Assembly: GCA_041650915.1 (NCBI GenBank) | Contig: JBAZKE010000001.1 | Location: 446,136 to 510,135, forward strand | Reading direction: 5' to 3' | Origin: Patescibacteria group bacterium | GTDB taxonomy: Bacteria > Patescibacteriota > Patescibacteriia > UBA10025 > JAHIVO01 | Length of the DNA stretch: 64,000 nt | Shown here: piece after piece, positions 9,483 to 19,063 of the stretch | Numbering within the stretch: the first letter of the stretch is position 1 | How the letters are laid out: each line of letters starts with the position of its first letter | Made by a program: the position numbers and the translations under genes | Notes under the pieces: model-generated | The model's database searches: none | What the model was told of the DNA's origin: nothing | Seen by the model: only the letters and a program-made list of their open reading frames with translations

Positions 9483-11465
9483 ATGAAACGAGCACTGAAG
9501 GTCATTATTCCAGTAGCGTGCTGTGTGTTGCTCGGAGGATTTGCCATGCACGCCCATTCGGTTGCTGCCCAGGATGCTGACTCGCCTGTTGTCACTATCT
9601 ACGATCCGTACTATCGTCTCCAAGCTGATACCGTAACGCTCGGCGTCCAGCTGCACACCAATGAGAATACGACGGCACTGCTTGAGTACGGCACCGCTGC
9701 TGGCCAGTATGCGGATAGCGTCGAGCTGACCGGGGAGTCATCTGATCACAGCTTCATCGTCGAGGGATTGGCGTATGAGCAGACGTACTATTTCAGGGGT
9801 ACGGTGACTGATACGTTCGGCCATACGGCGGAATCGGGTGAGGTGAGCGTTTCTATACCAAAGCGAGGAATGCACATAGAAAATATTGAGTTACTTGATG
9901 CCGGCCATGAGTCGGCTCTCATCCGGATCGAAATGAGCAAGCGGGGGTACGTCCAGGTGCAGTATGGTTCGGATTCCGGCACCTTACCGAATGTCGTGAC
10001 GTCGAACGGCGGCATCGGCGGCGATACGGAGCACATAGTTACGATACGAAATTTACATTCCAACACGGCATATTACTATACCGTTACCGCTGCCATTAAA
10101 GAATGGGATTCTATAATGTATCCGATTGAAGAGGATCAAAGCGATTTTTCCGATGAGCGTACTTTTACGACTACTGGCGAGCCGGCTATCTCAAGCATCA
10201 GTCCGCAGGGCGGCCCGGAAGGCACGGTACTTGTCCTGTCCGGTACAAACCTGGGCAGCGGTACATCGCCCGTCGATCGCGCTGTCACCGTTGGGTGCGA
10301 TGCGGTAGTACGACGCGACTGTCCGGTAATGGATATAATCTCGTGGACTGACAGTGAGATCAAAGTACGGACAACGAACGGAGCGCAAGCAGGGCCAGTT
10401 TTCGTTTATCAGGGGCTTCATTTCAATGATCCGATACGGCCGTTTATCGATCTGATTGCATACGAGGGGCCAACTTTTATGCCTACAGACGAGCAGGCTG
10501 CTGTCGGTTCGGTTCTTACGGAAGCCTACGGATGCGTAGTTTCAACGGGCGCACGCGGCAACAACACGATCGAAGTGCCGAATCTATTTGCGGTCGGCAG
10601 CGAAACGGATGCGTACCTCGGGCAGGTGTACGATGCGTACTTCGGCGCATGGGGCAGGCACCCCCGCTGTACAGAGCTGCAGTTCCACCTCGACCACGCA
10701 ACGCCGATAGACCGATTGCTCCGCTGGCTCCAAGAAGAGACTATCACCGAGAAGTACGGCTGTGTTTTTTCTTCAACCGAAGCGGGTGAAGCGAGCATAC
10801 GCATCGGGAGCGGAGTGACGCTCGGCAGCGAAACGGATGCGTACCTCGGGCAGGTGTACGATGCGTACTTCGGCGCATGGGGCAGGCACCCCCGCTGTAC
10901 AGAGCTGCAGTTCCACCTCGACCACGCAACGCCGATCGATCGGCTGACGTCCTGGCTGCAGCACAATGCTCAGATCGTACAGAGCGAAGATCCGCGGACA
11001 ACGGATGATGTCATCGGTACGAGGATCGCTTTTAGACAAGACAACGAAAACGTCGCCGTGGAGCATGGCCAGAGTTCGCTTATATTCTCGGAACATGAAA
11101 AAATTACCTTGACCGGCACCGCTACTCCAAACTCAATAATTATCCTCACCATTGCGAGTAATTCGCCAATCATGGCGACGACGCGGAGCGGGGCTAATGG
11201 GTTGTGGATCTATGCCCTCGATGGACCTCTTGAGCCGGGTGCCCATACGGTGCAATTGGCAGTAACTGACGCATCGGGCACGATAATTGCAGCGAGCGAT
11301 ATCGTTGATTTCACCGTATTAAAAAGCATTGAAGCGGGAGATTCCGGGGCTCAGGGCGGCATTGTAGGATTTTCTGTTGCGGCGTGGGCCGCTCTTATCA
11401 TAGGGGCGGTACTGTGTGCGGCGCTTATAGCAGCGCAGAGCAGAAAAAACGCGGTCCGAAAATAG
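9483..11465 (+). CDS. surface protein: FN3-like, IPT/TIG and Ig-like domains, internal repeat, C-terminal TM anchor
   Basis: signal peptide; LEYGT..HSFIVEGL..TYYF (FN3-like); PAISSISP..GT.LVLSGTNLG..SWTDSEI (IPT); GTATPNS..G.W..GAHTV (Ig-like). Confidence 0.8.
   Translation: MKRALKVIIPVACCVLLGGFAMHAHSVAAQDADSPVVTIYDPYYRLQADTVTLGVQLHTNENTTALLEYGTAAGQYADSVELTGESSDHSFIVEGLAYEQTYYFRGTVTDTFGHTAESGEVSVSIPKRGMHIENIELLDAGHESALIRIEMSKRGYVQVQYGSDSGTLPNVVTSNGGIGGDTEHIVTIRNLHSNTAYYYTVTAAIKEWDSIMYPIEEDQSDFSDERTFTTTGEPAISSISPQGGPEGTVLVLSGTNLGSGTSPVDRAVTVGCDAVVRRDCPVMDIISWTDSEIKVRTTNGAQAGPVFVYQGLHFNDPIRPFIDLIAYEGPTFMPTDEQAAVGSVLTEAYGCVVSTGARGNNTIEVPNLFAVGSETDAYLGQVYDAYFGAWGRHPRCTELQFHLDHATPIDRLLRWLQEETITEKYGCVFSSTEAGEASIRIGSGVTLGSETDAYLGQVYDAYFGAWGRHPRCTELQFHLDHATPIDRLTSWLQHNAQIVQSEDPRTTDDVIGTRIAFRQDNENVAVEHGQSSLIFSEHEKITLTGTATPNSIIILTIASNSPIMATTRSGANGLWIYALDGPLEPGAHTVQLAVTDASGTIIAASDIVDFTVLKSIEAGDSGAQGGIVGFSVAAWAALIIGAVLCAALIAAQSRKNAVRK
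10594..10936 (+). repeat. 115-bp identical direct repeat (10594-10708 and 10822-10936), period 228 bp
   Basis: both copies encode GSETDAYLGQVYDAYFGAWGRHPRCTELQFHLDHATPI with no nucleotide differences seen. Confidence 0.92.
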
Positions 11466-11566
11466 TCGTTCAAAACAAAAGTCTGGGCTTCATATGAGGG
11501 CCCCGCTTACGCGCTAGTTTTTAATGTGATTCATTGTAATTGACAGTCTGAGGCAATTGTGTTATC

Positions 11567-12019
11567 GTGAATGCACTCTTTATTTTTAGCCGCAGTGTTG
11601 TGCAACAAAAAGAACCATACTTCAAACGGCTGCTCCGGTCGCGGGTTGTCATCGTAGCTGAAATCGTTTTACTTGCGATTCTCGGCACTGCTTTGGCAAA
11701 AGAAATCGTACGGAAGTACCAGGTTGAGGGTGAAATTAAAAAACTGGAAGAAAGGACAGCCGAACTCAAGCAGCAAAATCTTGAGCTCTCCGAACTCGTA
11801 GAGTACTTTGGCGAAGATTCGTATAAGGAAGAACAAGCCCGCTTGAAGCTCGGTTTGCAAAAACCCGGCGAATCAGTGGTTGCAGTGCTCGGTGCAGAGA
11901 CTCAGGGTGGCGAGGATGAGGCAATTGCGGTTCAGACGGCTACGCTCGCGGGTACCGCCGATGAGACTAATCCTCAGCGCTGGTGGTATTATTTTTTTAA
12001 AACAGAACGTGAAAGTTAA
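11567..12019 (+). CDS. septum formation initiator (FtsB/DivIC family)
   Basis: TM helix plus coiled coil plus EEQARLKLGLQKPGE motif; start uncertain. Confidence 0.85.
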   Translation: MNALFIFSRSVVQQKEPYFKRLLRSRVVIVAEIVLLAILGTALAKEIVRKYQVEGEIKKLEERTAELKQQNLELSELVEYFGEDSYKEEQARLKLGLQKPGESVVAVLGAETQGGEDEAIAVQTATLAGTADETNPQRWWYYFFKTERES

Positions 12020-12038
12020 TGTTTAACTTCGCGTACTA
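12010..12038 (+). promoter_or_regulatory. putative ECF (SigW-like) promoter of the PrsA/SurA gene
   Basis: TGAAAG-N16-CGTACTA. Confidence 0.6.
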
Positions 12039-12070
12039 GATACTATACGAAAAGTAACTGATACGAATTT

Positions 12071-13291
12071 ATGGTACATGAAAAAAAAGAGGAAAAAGAA
12101 GAAAAAAAAGAAAACGGGGCGAGTAATACGGGCCATTTTGGCACGAGCGTGCAAGACGAAAAGGATCACAAAGCGCCGGCTGGATTGCCGGGCACGCTGC
12201 CTGTTGACGGGCAGAAAAAAAAGAAAAAGTCAGGGATCGGTACGAAACTCGTGTGGGGTCTATTGATTACAGTAGTCGTGATCGCCGTTGCCTTTCTCGC
12301 CGTAGTCGGCATCGGCATCTACAAGTATGGATGGACGAATAGCTTCATTGATAAGACGGTCAGCATCATCCCATTTCCGGCGGCACTCGTGGACGGCAAC
12401 ATGATCCGGTACGATACGTACCAGGCGGATTTGGATACGCTCGACTTTTTCTATAACTCCCAAGCAGCCCAGGGGACTACGACGGCCCAGCGTCCGAGCG
12501 ATTCGTACATTGAGAAGAGCGTGCTCTCGCGGCTAATCCAGGAGCACTTTATCAGCGATGCGGCCCGGCAGTTTTCTCTGAACGTCACCGATGAGGAGAT
12601 CGACCAGCAGTACAACGCGGTCGTCCAGGAAGCCGGGACGGTAGCTGAGCTCGAGTCGACGCTCAAGGAACTGTATGATTGGTCGTCTGATCAGTTCAAA
12701 CAAAAAATAATTTTACCGTACATGGAGCGCGTCAAGCTTCAAACCTATATAGCATCCAATGCAGAGATCAATGCCGAGAAACGCGCTCTCGCTGATGAGG
12801 TTCTGCAGCTCGTACGAGCGGGTGAAGAAGGCGAGAACAGCGAGACTTCTTTTGCAGATTTAGCACAGCAGTACAGCGCAGATTCCACCGCGGCAAACGG
12901 CGGTGATCTTGGCTTTTTCGGACGCGGCGTGATGGTGCAGCAGTTTGAGGATGCAGCCTTCGCTCTCGAAGTTGGTGAAGTTTCCGATGTCGTGACGACA
13001 CAGTACGGGTACCATATCATTAAGCTCCTCGAAGTGACCGAGAATGAGGAAGAAGGCGAGCAGCGGCGGGCAGCTCATATCCTGATACCGGTTGTGCAGG
13101 TTGATGAATGGATGGAGAGCGAACTGGCAGACAGAAAAGTCCGGATTTTTGAATCAGGGCTCGTGTGGAACAATGAGTGCGGCCTTGTTCTCGGAAGTTC
13201 CGAGACGTGCGATTCAAACGAACTCGTTGATTTCGCAGCTCAAGCCCAGCTTCCCGTTGAAGACCTGTCGGGCAGTACTGCCGGAGAATAA
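12071..13291 (+). CDS. SurA/PrsA-like foldase (parvulin PPIase)
   Basis: FADLAQQYSAD..NGGDLGFF..FEDAAF..TQYGYHII parvulin motif; SurA N-terminal-like region. Confidence 0.9.
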   Translation: MVHEKKEEKEEKKENGASNTGHFGTSVQDEKDHKAPAGLPGTLPVDGQKKKKKSGIGTKLVWGLLITVVVIAVAFLAVVGIGIYKYGWTNSFIDKTVSIIPFPAALVDGNMIRYDTYQADLDTLDFFYNSQAAQGTTTAQRPSDSYIEKSVLSRLIQEHFISDAARQFSLNVTDEEIDQQYNAVVQEAGTVAELESTLKELYDWSSDQFKQKIILPYMERVKLQTYIASNAEINAEKRALADEVLQLVRAGEEGENSETSFADLAQQYSADSTAANGGDLGFFGRGVMVQQFEDAAFALEVGEVSDVVTTQYGYHIIKLLEVTENEEEGEQRRAAHILIPVVQVDEWMESELADRKVRIFESGLVWNNECGLVLGSSETCDSNELVDFAAQAQLPVEDLSGSTAGE

Positions 13292-13363
13292 GCTTTTTAT
13301 CTGTACGGCAGTACCTAAAAAGCATACTCTTTTATAGTATTGCTCTCTTGAGAGGATTTCCGG

Positions 13364-13436
13364 AGCCACCTCCCGGGATCGAACCGGGGACCTCTGCTTT
13401 ACGAAAGCATTGCTCTACCAGCTGAGCTAAGGTGGC
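13364..13436 (-). tRNA. tRNA-Thr(CGT)
   Basis: reverse complement GCCACCTTAGCTCAGCTGGTAGAGC...TT-CGT-AA...GGTTCGATCCC forms a cloverleaf. Confidence 0.95.
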
Positions 13437-13442
13437 GCGAGA

Positions 13443-13513
13443 AGCGGGTAACGGGAGTCGAACCCGTACTTCAACCTTGGGAAGGTCGCGTACTACCGCT
13501 ATACTATACCCGC
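13443..13513 (-). tRNA. tRNA-Gly(CCC)
   Basis: reverse complement GCGGGTATAGTATAGCGGTAGTAC...TT-CCC-AA...GGTTCGACTCCCG forms a cloverleaf. Confidence 0.95.
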
Positions 13514-13520
13514 ACGTCTA

Positions 13521-13616
13521 CATGGCGCTTCAGGTTCCGCTTCCCCCGCAGTGCGGGGTTAACTCCACCTTCCGCGCCATTTCTCCTTTCCTCGCCCCGC
13601 AAAGCGGGGCTCGGGG
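13521..13616. repeat. GC-rich palindromic (REP-like) element
   Basis: two CCCCGC-N3-GCGGGG hairpins; the first is enclosed by ATGGCGC/GCGCCAT. Confidence 0.55.
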
Positions 13617-13637
13617 ATGAAAGATGATAAATCTACT

Positions 13638-15221
13638 ATGGTACGATATTCCAAAATACTGCTTTTGTCAATCGCCGTGTTCACCGGTGTACTCTTGGCG
13701 TATCCTGCTGACGCTGAAACGGAAGGCCGGCTCTGGCTGAATTTTACTGACGAAGCAATCCGCCGGGGGTATACGGCTGAATTTCAAAAAGCGGATGGCG
13801 CTGCCTGGGGTGATTTCCGGCTCGCCATCGTGCCGGACTTGGTTAATGAGCGGATTGATCTCGAGATGAAGGAGTTTAGCGGCAGTTATTTGCCGACTCC
13901 GGACGGGCTGGCGCTAGTCAGTGATTATTATATTTATGATATCCTGCGGGAAGACCAGGCAAACAAAGAACCGCTGGTTTTGACTAAGCCGTTCGTTCTT
14001 GCAATAAAATTTGATTCGGATACGTATTTCCGCAAGAAGATTTATTTTTGGGTAGAGCCGTTGCGCCAGTGGCGCGAGCTTCCGTCTTCGGTTGATTATG
14101 AGAATCGGTATGTCAGGGCTTATTCGCATCTCCCATTTTCCCGCATTGCCGTTTTTGAGGATCCATCCGAGCTTGAGGGCAAAGCGAGCTGGTTCCGTTC
14201 GAGCCGCGTAACGTACGGAGCTGCGAGCAATAACTACCCGATTGGGACGATGCTCAGGGTCCGTAACGTCGATAACAATAAATCCGTTGACGTTGAGGTG
14301 ATTTCAACCGGACCATTCGATGCGAATCGCGTTATCGACCTTACCCTGCCGGCCTTTCAACAGATCGAAGAAAGCTGGAAGGGCCTTGCCAGGGTACAGG
14401 CGTGGCCGCTCGAGAAGGAGGTACAGGTGCTCGGCATTGATACGATTGCGGCAGAGCCGGCTGCAACCGTTTCTGAGCCGCATCCAGCTTCAACCGCCGT
14501 CATTGCAATAAGCGAGGAAACCGGCGAAATTATCTATTCGAAGAATTACGATACCGTCCTCCCGATCGCGAGCATCACCAAGCTTATGACTGCTGCGATT
14601 TTTCTGGATACCGGGACGCCGTTTGACAAGGTCATTGCGTATGAAGCGGGGGATAGCGCGATCGGTTCCAAGCTGTACGTGAGCCCCGGCGAAACCATGA
14701 CGGTCAAGGACGTGTACTATACGATGCTCGTCGGCTCTGCGAATAATGCCGCGAACATGCTCGCCCGTTCAACCGGCCTCTCGAGGGAAGCATTCGTGCA
14801 GAAGATGAACGAGAAAGCGGCAGCATGGGGACTCGAACATACGCATTTTGTAGACGTAAGCGGGCTCGATCCGCAAAACGTTTCGACGGTATACGAAGTC
14901 GCTCAGATGGCGAAGCGCGTCCTGTCCGATTTCCGCGTACTGCAGGGTACGACCACATGGTCATACAGCTTTACGACGATCAATTCCGAGAAGCCCCATA
15001 CGATTAATAATACTGCCGAGGAATTCCAGGGAAGCGAATTGTATATCGCCGGCATGAAGACGGGGTACCTCGATGAGGCGGGATACTGTTTCATGCTCAA
15101 GGCGCGGGCAGACCGCAGCAGCACAAACCATGCGATTACCGTTGTTCTCGGTGCTGGCAGCAAAACCCAGCGCAACAGCGAAACGAACGATCTGATGAAC
15201 TTTGCACTGGAAAAAATATAA
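13638..15221 (+). CDS. D-alanyl-D-alanine carboxypeptidase/endopeptidase (peptidase S11) fused to an RlpA-like domain
   Basis: ASITK (SxxK), SAN (SxN), KTG motifs; upstream GKASWF..P.GT.LRVRN..GPF..RVIDL DPBB motif; alternative start 13617. Confidence 0.88.
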   Translation: MVRYSKILLLSIAVFTGVLLAYPADAETEGRLWLNFTDEAIRRGYTAEFQKADGAAWGDFRLAIVPDLVNERIDLEMKEFSGSYLPTPDGLALVSDYYIYDILREDQANKEPLVLTKPFVLAIKFDSDTYFRKKIYFWVEPLRQWRELPSSVDYENRYVRAYSHLPFSRIAVFEDPSELEGKASWFRSSRVTYGAASNNYPIGTMLRVRNVDNNKSVDVEVISTGPFDANRVIDLTLPAFQQIEESWKGLARVQAWPLEKEVQVLGIDTIAAEPAATVSEPHPASTAVIAISEETGEIIYSKNYDTVLPIASITKLMTAAIFLDTGTPFDKVIAYEAGDSAIGSKLYVSPGETMTVKDVYYTMLVGSANNAANMLARSTGLSREAFVQKMNEKAAAWGLEHTHFVDVSGLDPQNVSTVYEVAQMAKRVLSDFRVLQGTTTWSYSFTTINSEKPHTINNTAEEFQGSELYIAGMKTGYLDEAGYCFMLKARADRSSTNHAITVVLGAGSKTQRNSETNDLMNFALEKI

Positions 15222-15225
15222 ACAA

Positions 15226-15897
15226 ATGCCACTGATTGAAATCATCGATCTGAATAAAACGTACGGCCAGGGTGAGGCAAACGAATTTCGTGCACTCCAC
15301 GGCATCAATATGAAGGTGGAGAAAGGGGAATTTGTTGCGATTATGGGTGTTTCTGGATCTGGAAAATCAACCCTCATGAATATCATTGGTTGTCTGGACC
15401 GGCCGACTTCGGGTATCTACAAGCTTGAGGAAGAAGAAGTCGGGCAGAAATCCTCGAGGGAGCTCGTTAAGATACGCCGCAATAAGATCGGTTTTATTTT
15501 CCAAAATTTTAACCTGCTGCCGCGCACCCAGGCAGTAACGAATGTTGAATTACCGCTTGTGTACAAGGGGATCCGCCCCAAAGCACGGAGAGAAAAGGCA
15601 AAGAAGATGCTTAAAGAAGTCGGGCTCGAAAGCCGCGTACGGCACCGTCCGAACATGCTCTCGGGTGGAGAGCAGCAGCGGGTCGCGATAGCACGTGCAC
15701 TTGTCAATGAGCCGACCGTCCTTCTCGCAGACGAGCCGACCGGAAACCTCGACACGAAGAGCGGAAAGCAGGTTATGGACATCCTCGTAGCTCTGCATAA
15801 GAGCGGTACGACGATTATTCTGGTAACGCACGATGCCTCGATTGCCGAGTATGCTGACAGGGTGGTGCGGATAAACGACGGCATGATCCAAACGTAA
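15226..15897 (+). CDS. ABC transporter ATP-binding protein (MacB-like)
   Basis: GVSGSGKS, LSGGEQQR, ADEPTGNLD. Confidence 0.93.
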   Translation: MPLIEIIDLNKTYGQGEANEFRALHGINMKVEKGEFVAIMGVSGSGKSTLMNIIGCLDRPTSGIYKLEEEEVGQKSSRELVKIRRNKIGFIFQNFNLLPRTQAVTNVELPLVYKGIRPKARREKAKKMLKEVGLESRVRHRPNMLSGGEQQRVAIARALVNEPTVLLADEPTGNLDTKSGKQVMDILVALHKSGTTIILVTHDASIAEYADRVVRINDGMIQT

Positions 15898-15900
15898 GCT

Positions 15901-17205
15901 ATGTATAAATTTTTTGAAAATATTAAGCTCGCCGTCAAGGCCATTTGGAGCAAAAAGATACGCTCTTTCTTGACGATGCTCGGGGTGATCATCGGCGTTT
16001 TTTCTATCGTACTCTTGATCGGCATCGGGGAAGGAGTCAAGAGCGAGGTGACCAGCCAGGTTGAGGGTCTCGGGTCAAACATTATCATGATACTGCCCGG
16101 TTCCGGCGGGATGTCAGGCGCTTCAATGATGGCCGGCGGTTCGTTTTCAACTGAAGACGTTGAAACGATTGAGACGGTCGAAAATATTGAATACGTAATT
16201 CCGATGGCAATCGTGCCGCTCCCGGTCGCTCTCACCGCTCCCGTGGCGCCATCAGCTCAGGCAGGCTCCGCTGAAGTTCCCGATACTTCTTCCGATCTTG
16301 CCGATTTAATGGCGCAAGCCCAGCAGCAGGTCATGGCTATCGGCAGTACCCAGCAGCTGAAAGCCGCGTTCGAGGGATCTGAAATTTCTTCTGGAAAATC
16401 GTACGGAAGGATGTTTACCGAAGAGGAGTATGACAGTGCAGCCCGCGTAGTTTCATTGCAGTACGGCGCTGTCGCTCAGCTGTTTCCTCAAGAATCGGCC
16501 GAAAACGTTATCGGCAGGACTATTTACATCGGCAAAGAAGCATTTGAGGTTGTGGGTGCGCAAGAGGTGAAAGAAACGAACAGTATCATGGAAGACCCGA
16601 CTATGACAAATATGATTTTTCTGCCGATAACTGCCGCGCAAGAGTTGACAGGCGAGCTGAGCATTACGCAAATCGTAGTGACCGTTACTGAACCGGATTA
16701 TGTTAGTACGGTGCAGGATAATATTCGGCTGGCGCTGCTCGAGAGCCACGACGGGGTCGAGGATTTTACTATAACGAATCAGGAAGAAATTTTGAGCATG
16801 TTCGACCAAATTTTAAGCGTGCTGACGACCATGCTGGGCGGCATTGCGGCAATTTCACTGCTCGTCGGCGGCATCGGCGTGATGAACATCATGCTCGTCT
16901 CAGTCACCGAGCGGACAAAAGAGATTGGCCTCCGTAAGGCTATCGGCGCGTCTGGAGCGGATATCCTCGTCCAGTTTCTCGTGGAAGCGGTATTTCTCAC
17001 CTTTTTGGGAGGAGCGATCGGAATCGGTTTGGCGTACGTTGGCGGATCGATCATGGATGCCCAGTGGGGCCTCACAGCCAAAATAACAGTTCAATCGGTG
17101 CTGCTTGCGTTTTCTTTCACGACGCTCATCGGAATTTTTTTCGGCGTAGCGCCTGCAATCCGCGCAGCTCGACTAGATCCCATAGATGCGCTAAAATACG
17201 AATAG
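15901..17205 (+). CDS. ABC transporter permease (MacB-like)
   Basis: RSFLTMLGVIIGV; VGGIGVMNIMLVSVTERTKEIGLRKAIGA. Confidence 0.93.
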   Translation: MYKFFENIKLAVKAIWSKKIRSFLTMLGVIIGVFSIVLLIGIGEGVKSEVTSQVEGLGSNIIMILPGSGGMSGASMMAGGSFSTEDVETIETVENIEYVIPMAIVPLPVALTAPVAPSAQAGSAEVPDTSSDLADLMAQAQQQVMAIGSTQQLKAAFEGSEISSGKSYGRMFTEEEYDSAARVVSLQYGAVAQLFPQESAENVIGRTIYIGKEAFEVVGAQEVKETNSIMEDPTMTNMIFLPITAAQELTGELSITQIVVTVTEPDYVSTVQDNIRLALLESHDGVEDFTITNQEEILSMFDQILSVLTTMLGGIAAISLLVGGIGVMNIMLVSVTERTKEIGLRKAIGASGADILVQFLVEAVFLTFLGGAIGIGLAYVGGSIMDAQWGLTAKITVQSVLLAFSFTTLIGIFFGVAPAIRAARLDPIDALKYE

Positions 17206-17218
17206 GAGGCGCCAGAGC

Positions 17219-17899
17219 ATGATTCGATTTAAAAACGTTTCAAAAGTATACGGGGGGGATACGTACGCCCTTAAGAACGTCAACCTGCATATCAAGCCGG
17301 GTGAGTTTGTTTCAATCGTCGGGCAGTCGGGGACCGGTAAAACGACGCTCATCCGCCTTATCATCGCAGAAGAGCGCCCGACCAAGGGTAGGGTAATTAT
17401 CGGCGATTGGGACATAACCGCCATCAAGCCGCGTGAAATTCCGATACTGCGGCGGCAGATCGGCGTCGTATTCCAGGATTTCAAGCTGCTGCCGAAGAAA
17501 ACTGTTTTTGAGAATGCGGCGTTTGGGCTTGAAATCGCAGGCATCAGCCAGAAGCGCATGCACGAGGTCGTACCCCAGGTGCTTAAAATTGTCGGGCTCG
17601 AGAAGAAGGTGCGCCGTTTTCCGACGCAGCTCTCCGGAGGTGAGCAGCAGCGCACGGTGATCGCGAGGGCGCTCGTGCACCGGCCGAAGATACTCGTCGC
17701 GGACGAGCCGACCGGCAACCTCGACTCGATCAATTCACAGGAAATTATTTCCCTGCTTAAGAAGATTAACGAATTTGGAACTACGGTTGTCCTCGTTACG
17801 CACAACCGCGAGATTGTAAACTCGCTGCGGAAGCGTGTCGTAACGATTGAACACGGTACGATAGTTTCCGATCAGGCGAGCGGTAAGTATATCCTCTAG
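17219..17899 (+). CDS. ftsE: cell division ATP-binding protein FtsE
   Basis: MIRFKNVSKVY, LRRQIGVVFQDFKLL, adjacent to ftsX. Confidence 0.92.
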   Translation: MIRFKNVSKVYGGDTYALKNVNLHIKPGEFVSIVGQSGTGKTTLIRLIIAEERPTKGRVIIGDWDITAIKPREIPILRRQIGVVFQDFKLLPKKTVFENAAFGLEIAGISQKRMHEVVPQVLKIVGLEKKVRRFPTQLSGGEQQRTVIARALVHRPKILVADEPTGNLDSINSQEIISLLKKINEFGTTVVLVTHNREIVNSLRKRVVTIEHGTIVSDQASGKYIL

Positions 17900-17902
17900 G
17901 CT

Positions 17903-18817
17903 ATGTTCGTATTTTTTTACCGTACATTCAAGTTTGCACTCCAGGGTTTCTTCCGGAACATATGGCTCTCGATCGTCACGATAATTATCCTCGTACTGAC
18001 GCTTTTTTCGGTAACGCTCGTGTATGGCATCAGCATTGTCGCAGACCAGGCTATCAATTCCGTTAAGGATAAAATTGATGTTTCCGTTTACCTCGACCCC
18101 GATGCTTCTGAGGAAGATATCCTCAGTTTGCGTTATCGGCTTGAAGAACTTTCGCAGGTGAAGGCAGTAACGTATATTTCTGAGGACGAGGCGCTCGAGC
18201 TCTTTAAGCAGAACCATGCCGGTGATCCGATTATTCTCGAGTCGCTCAGTCAGCTCGAATCGAATCCGCTCGGCGTCACGCTGGTCGTGCAGGCGAACGA
18301 TATCGAGGATTACCCATCAATATTGTCACTGCTCGAGAGCGATACTTACAGCGAGCTCGTGCAGGACATGAGCTACGATGATAATGAGAAGGTGATCGAT
18401 AAGCTGACAACTTACGCAAACCGCATAGAACGGGTTGGCATCATTATCAGCAGCATTTTTGTCGTTATTGCGATACTCATCATCTTTAATACCATCCGGA
18501 TCAATATCTACACGCACCGTGAGGAGATTGGCATTATGAAACTCGTCGGCGGCACAAACTGGTTTGTACGGGCCCCGTTTCTCGTTGAAAGCCTTTTGTA
18601 TGCCGTGTTTGCCGTTATTATCACCCTCGTTATACTGTATCCGCTTTTAAACGTCGTCGCTCCCCAGGTAGATATCTTTTTTGAGGGGTATGATTTTGAC
18701 CTCATCAGCTACGTCAGCACGCATCTGTGGCAAATCATTAGCTGGCAGCTTGGATGTGCAATCGTGCTGAGCATTCTGAGCTCCAGCATCGCCATAGGGC
18801 GTTACTTGAGGGTATAG
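17903..18817 (+). CDS. ftsX: cell division permease FtsX
   Basis: IFNTIRINIYTHREEIGIMKLVGGTNWFVRAPFLVE. Confidence 0.92.
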   Translation: MFVFFYRTFKFALQGFFRNIWLSIVTIIILVLTLFSVTLVYGISIVADQAINSVKDKIDVSVYLDPDASEEDILSLRYRLEELSQVKAVTYISEDEALELFKQNHAGDPIILESLSQLESNPLGVTLVVQANDIEDYPSILSLLESDTYSELVQDMSYDDNEKVIDKLTTYANRIERVGIIISSIFVVIAILIIFNTIRINIYTHREEIGIMKLVGGTNWFVRAPFLVESLLYAVFAVIITLVILYPLLNVVAPQVDIFFEGYDFDLISYVSTHLWQIISWQLGCAIVLSILSSSIAIGRYLRV

Positions 18818-18883
18818 TTGACACTCTTTTCGGTTACCTCTACCATAAGGGCGTCCGTATGAGTAGCTGCTGTATTCATCCGA

Positions 18884-18954
18884 TGCCGGATCGTCTAATG
18901 GTAGGACACAGGCCTTTGAAGCCTGGCATGTAGGTTCGATTCCTACTCCGGCAG
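18884..18954 (+). tRNA. tRNA-Gln(TTG)
   Basis: TGCCGGATCGTCTAATGGTAGGAC...CT-TTG-AA...GGTTCGATTCC cloverleaf. Confidence 0.95.
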
Positions 18955-19063
18955 CATCAATGTCAATTTCAATGGTTCTCATAAGAAATGTTATCAGCGC
19001 AGCGTGCCGCATTGTGCCCGCGCTGTGTTTTTACATTCGCCGGGCTAATGGCGGAGGGCATAG

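Noticed and set aside
10594-10936. Possible DGR template/variable repeat pair
   Set aside because: Copies are identical (no adenine-specific mismatches), both are in frame within one gene, and no reverse transcriptase is in the window.
13364-13513. tRNA genes as integration sites for a prophage or island
   Set aside because: No integrase and no duplicated tRNA 3' end seen in the window.
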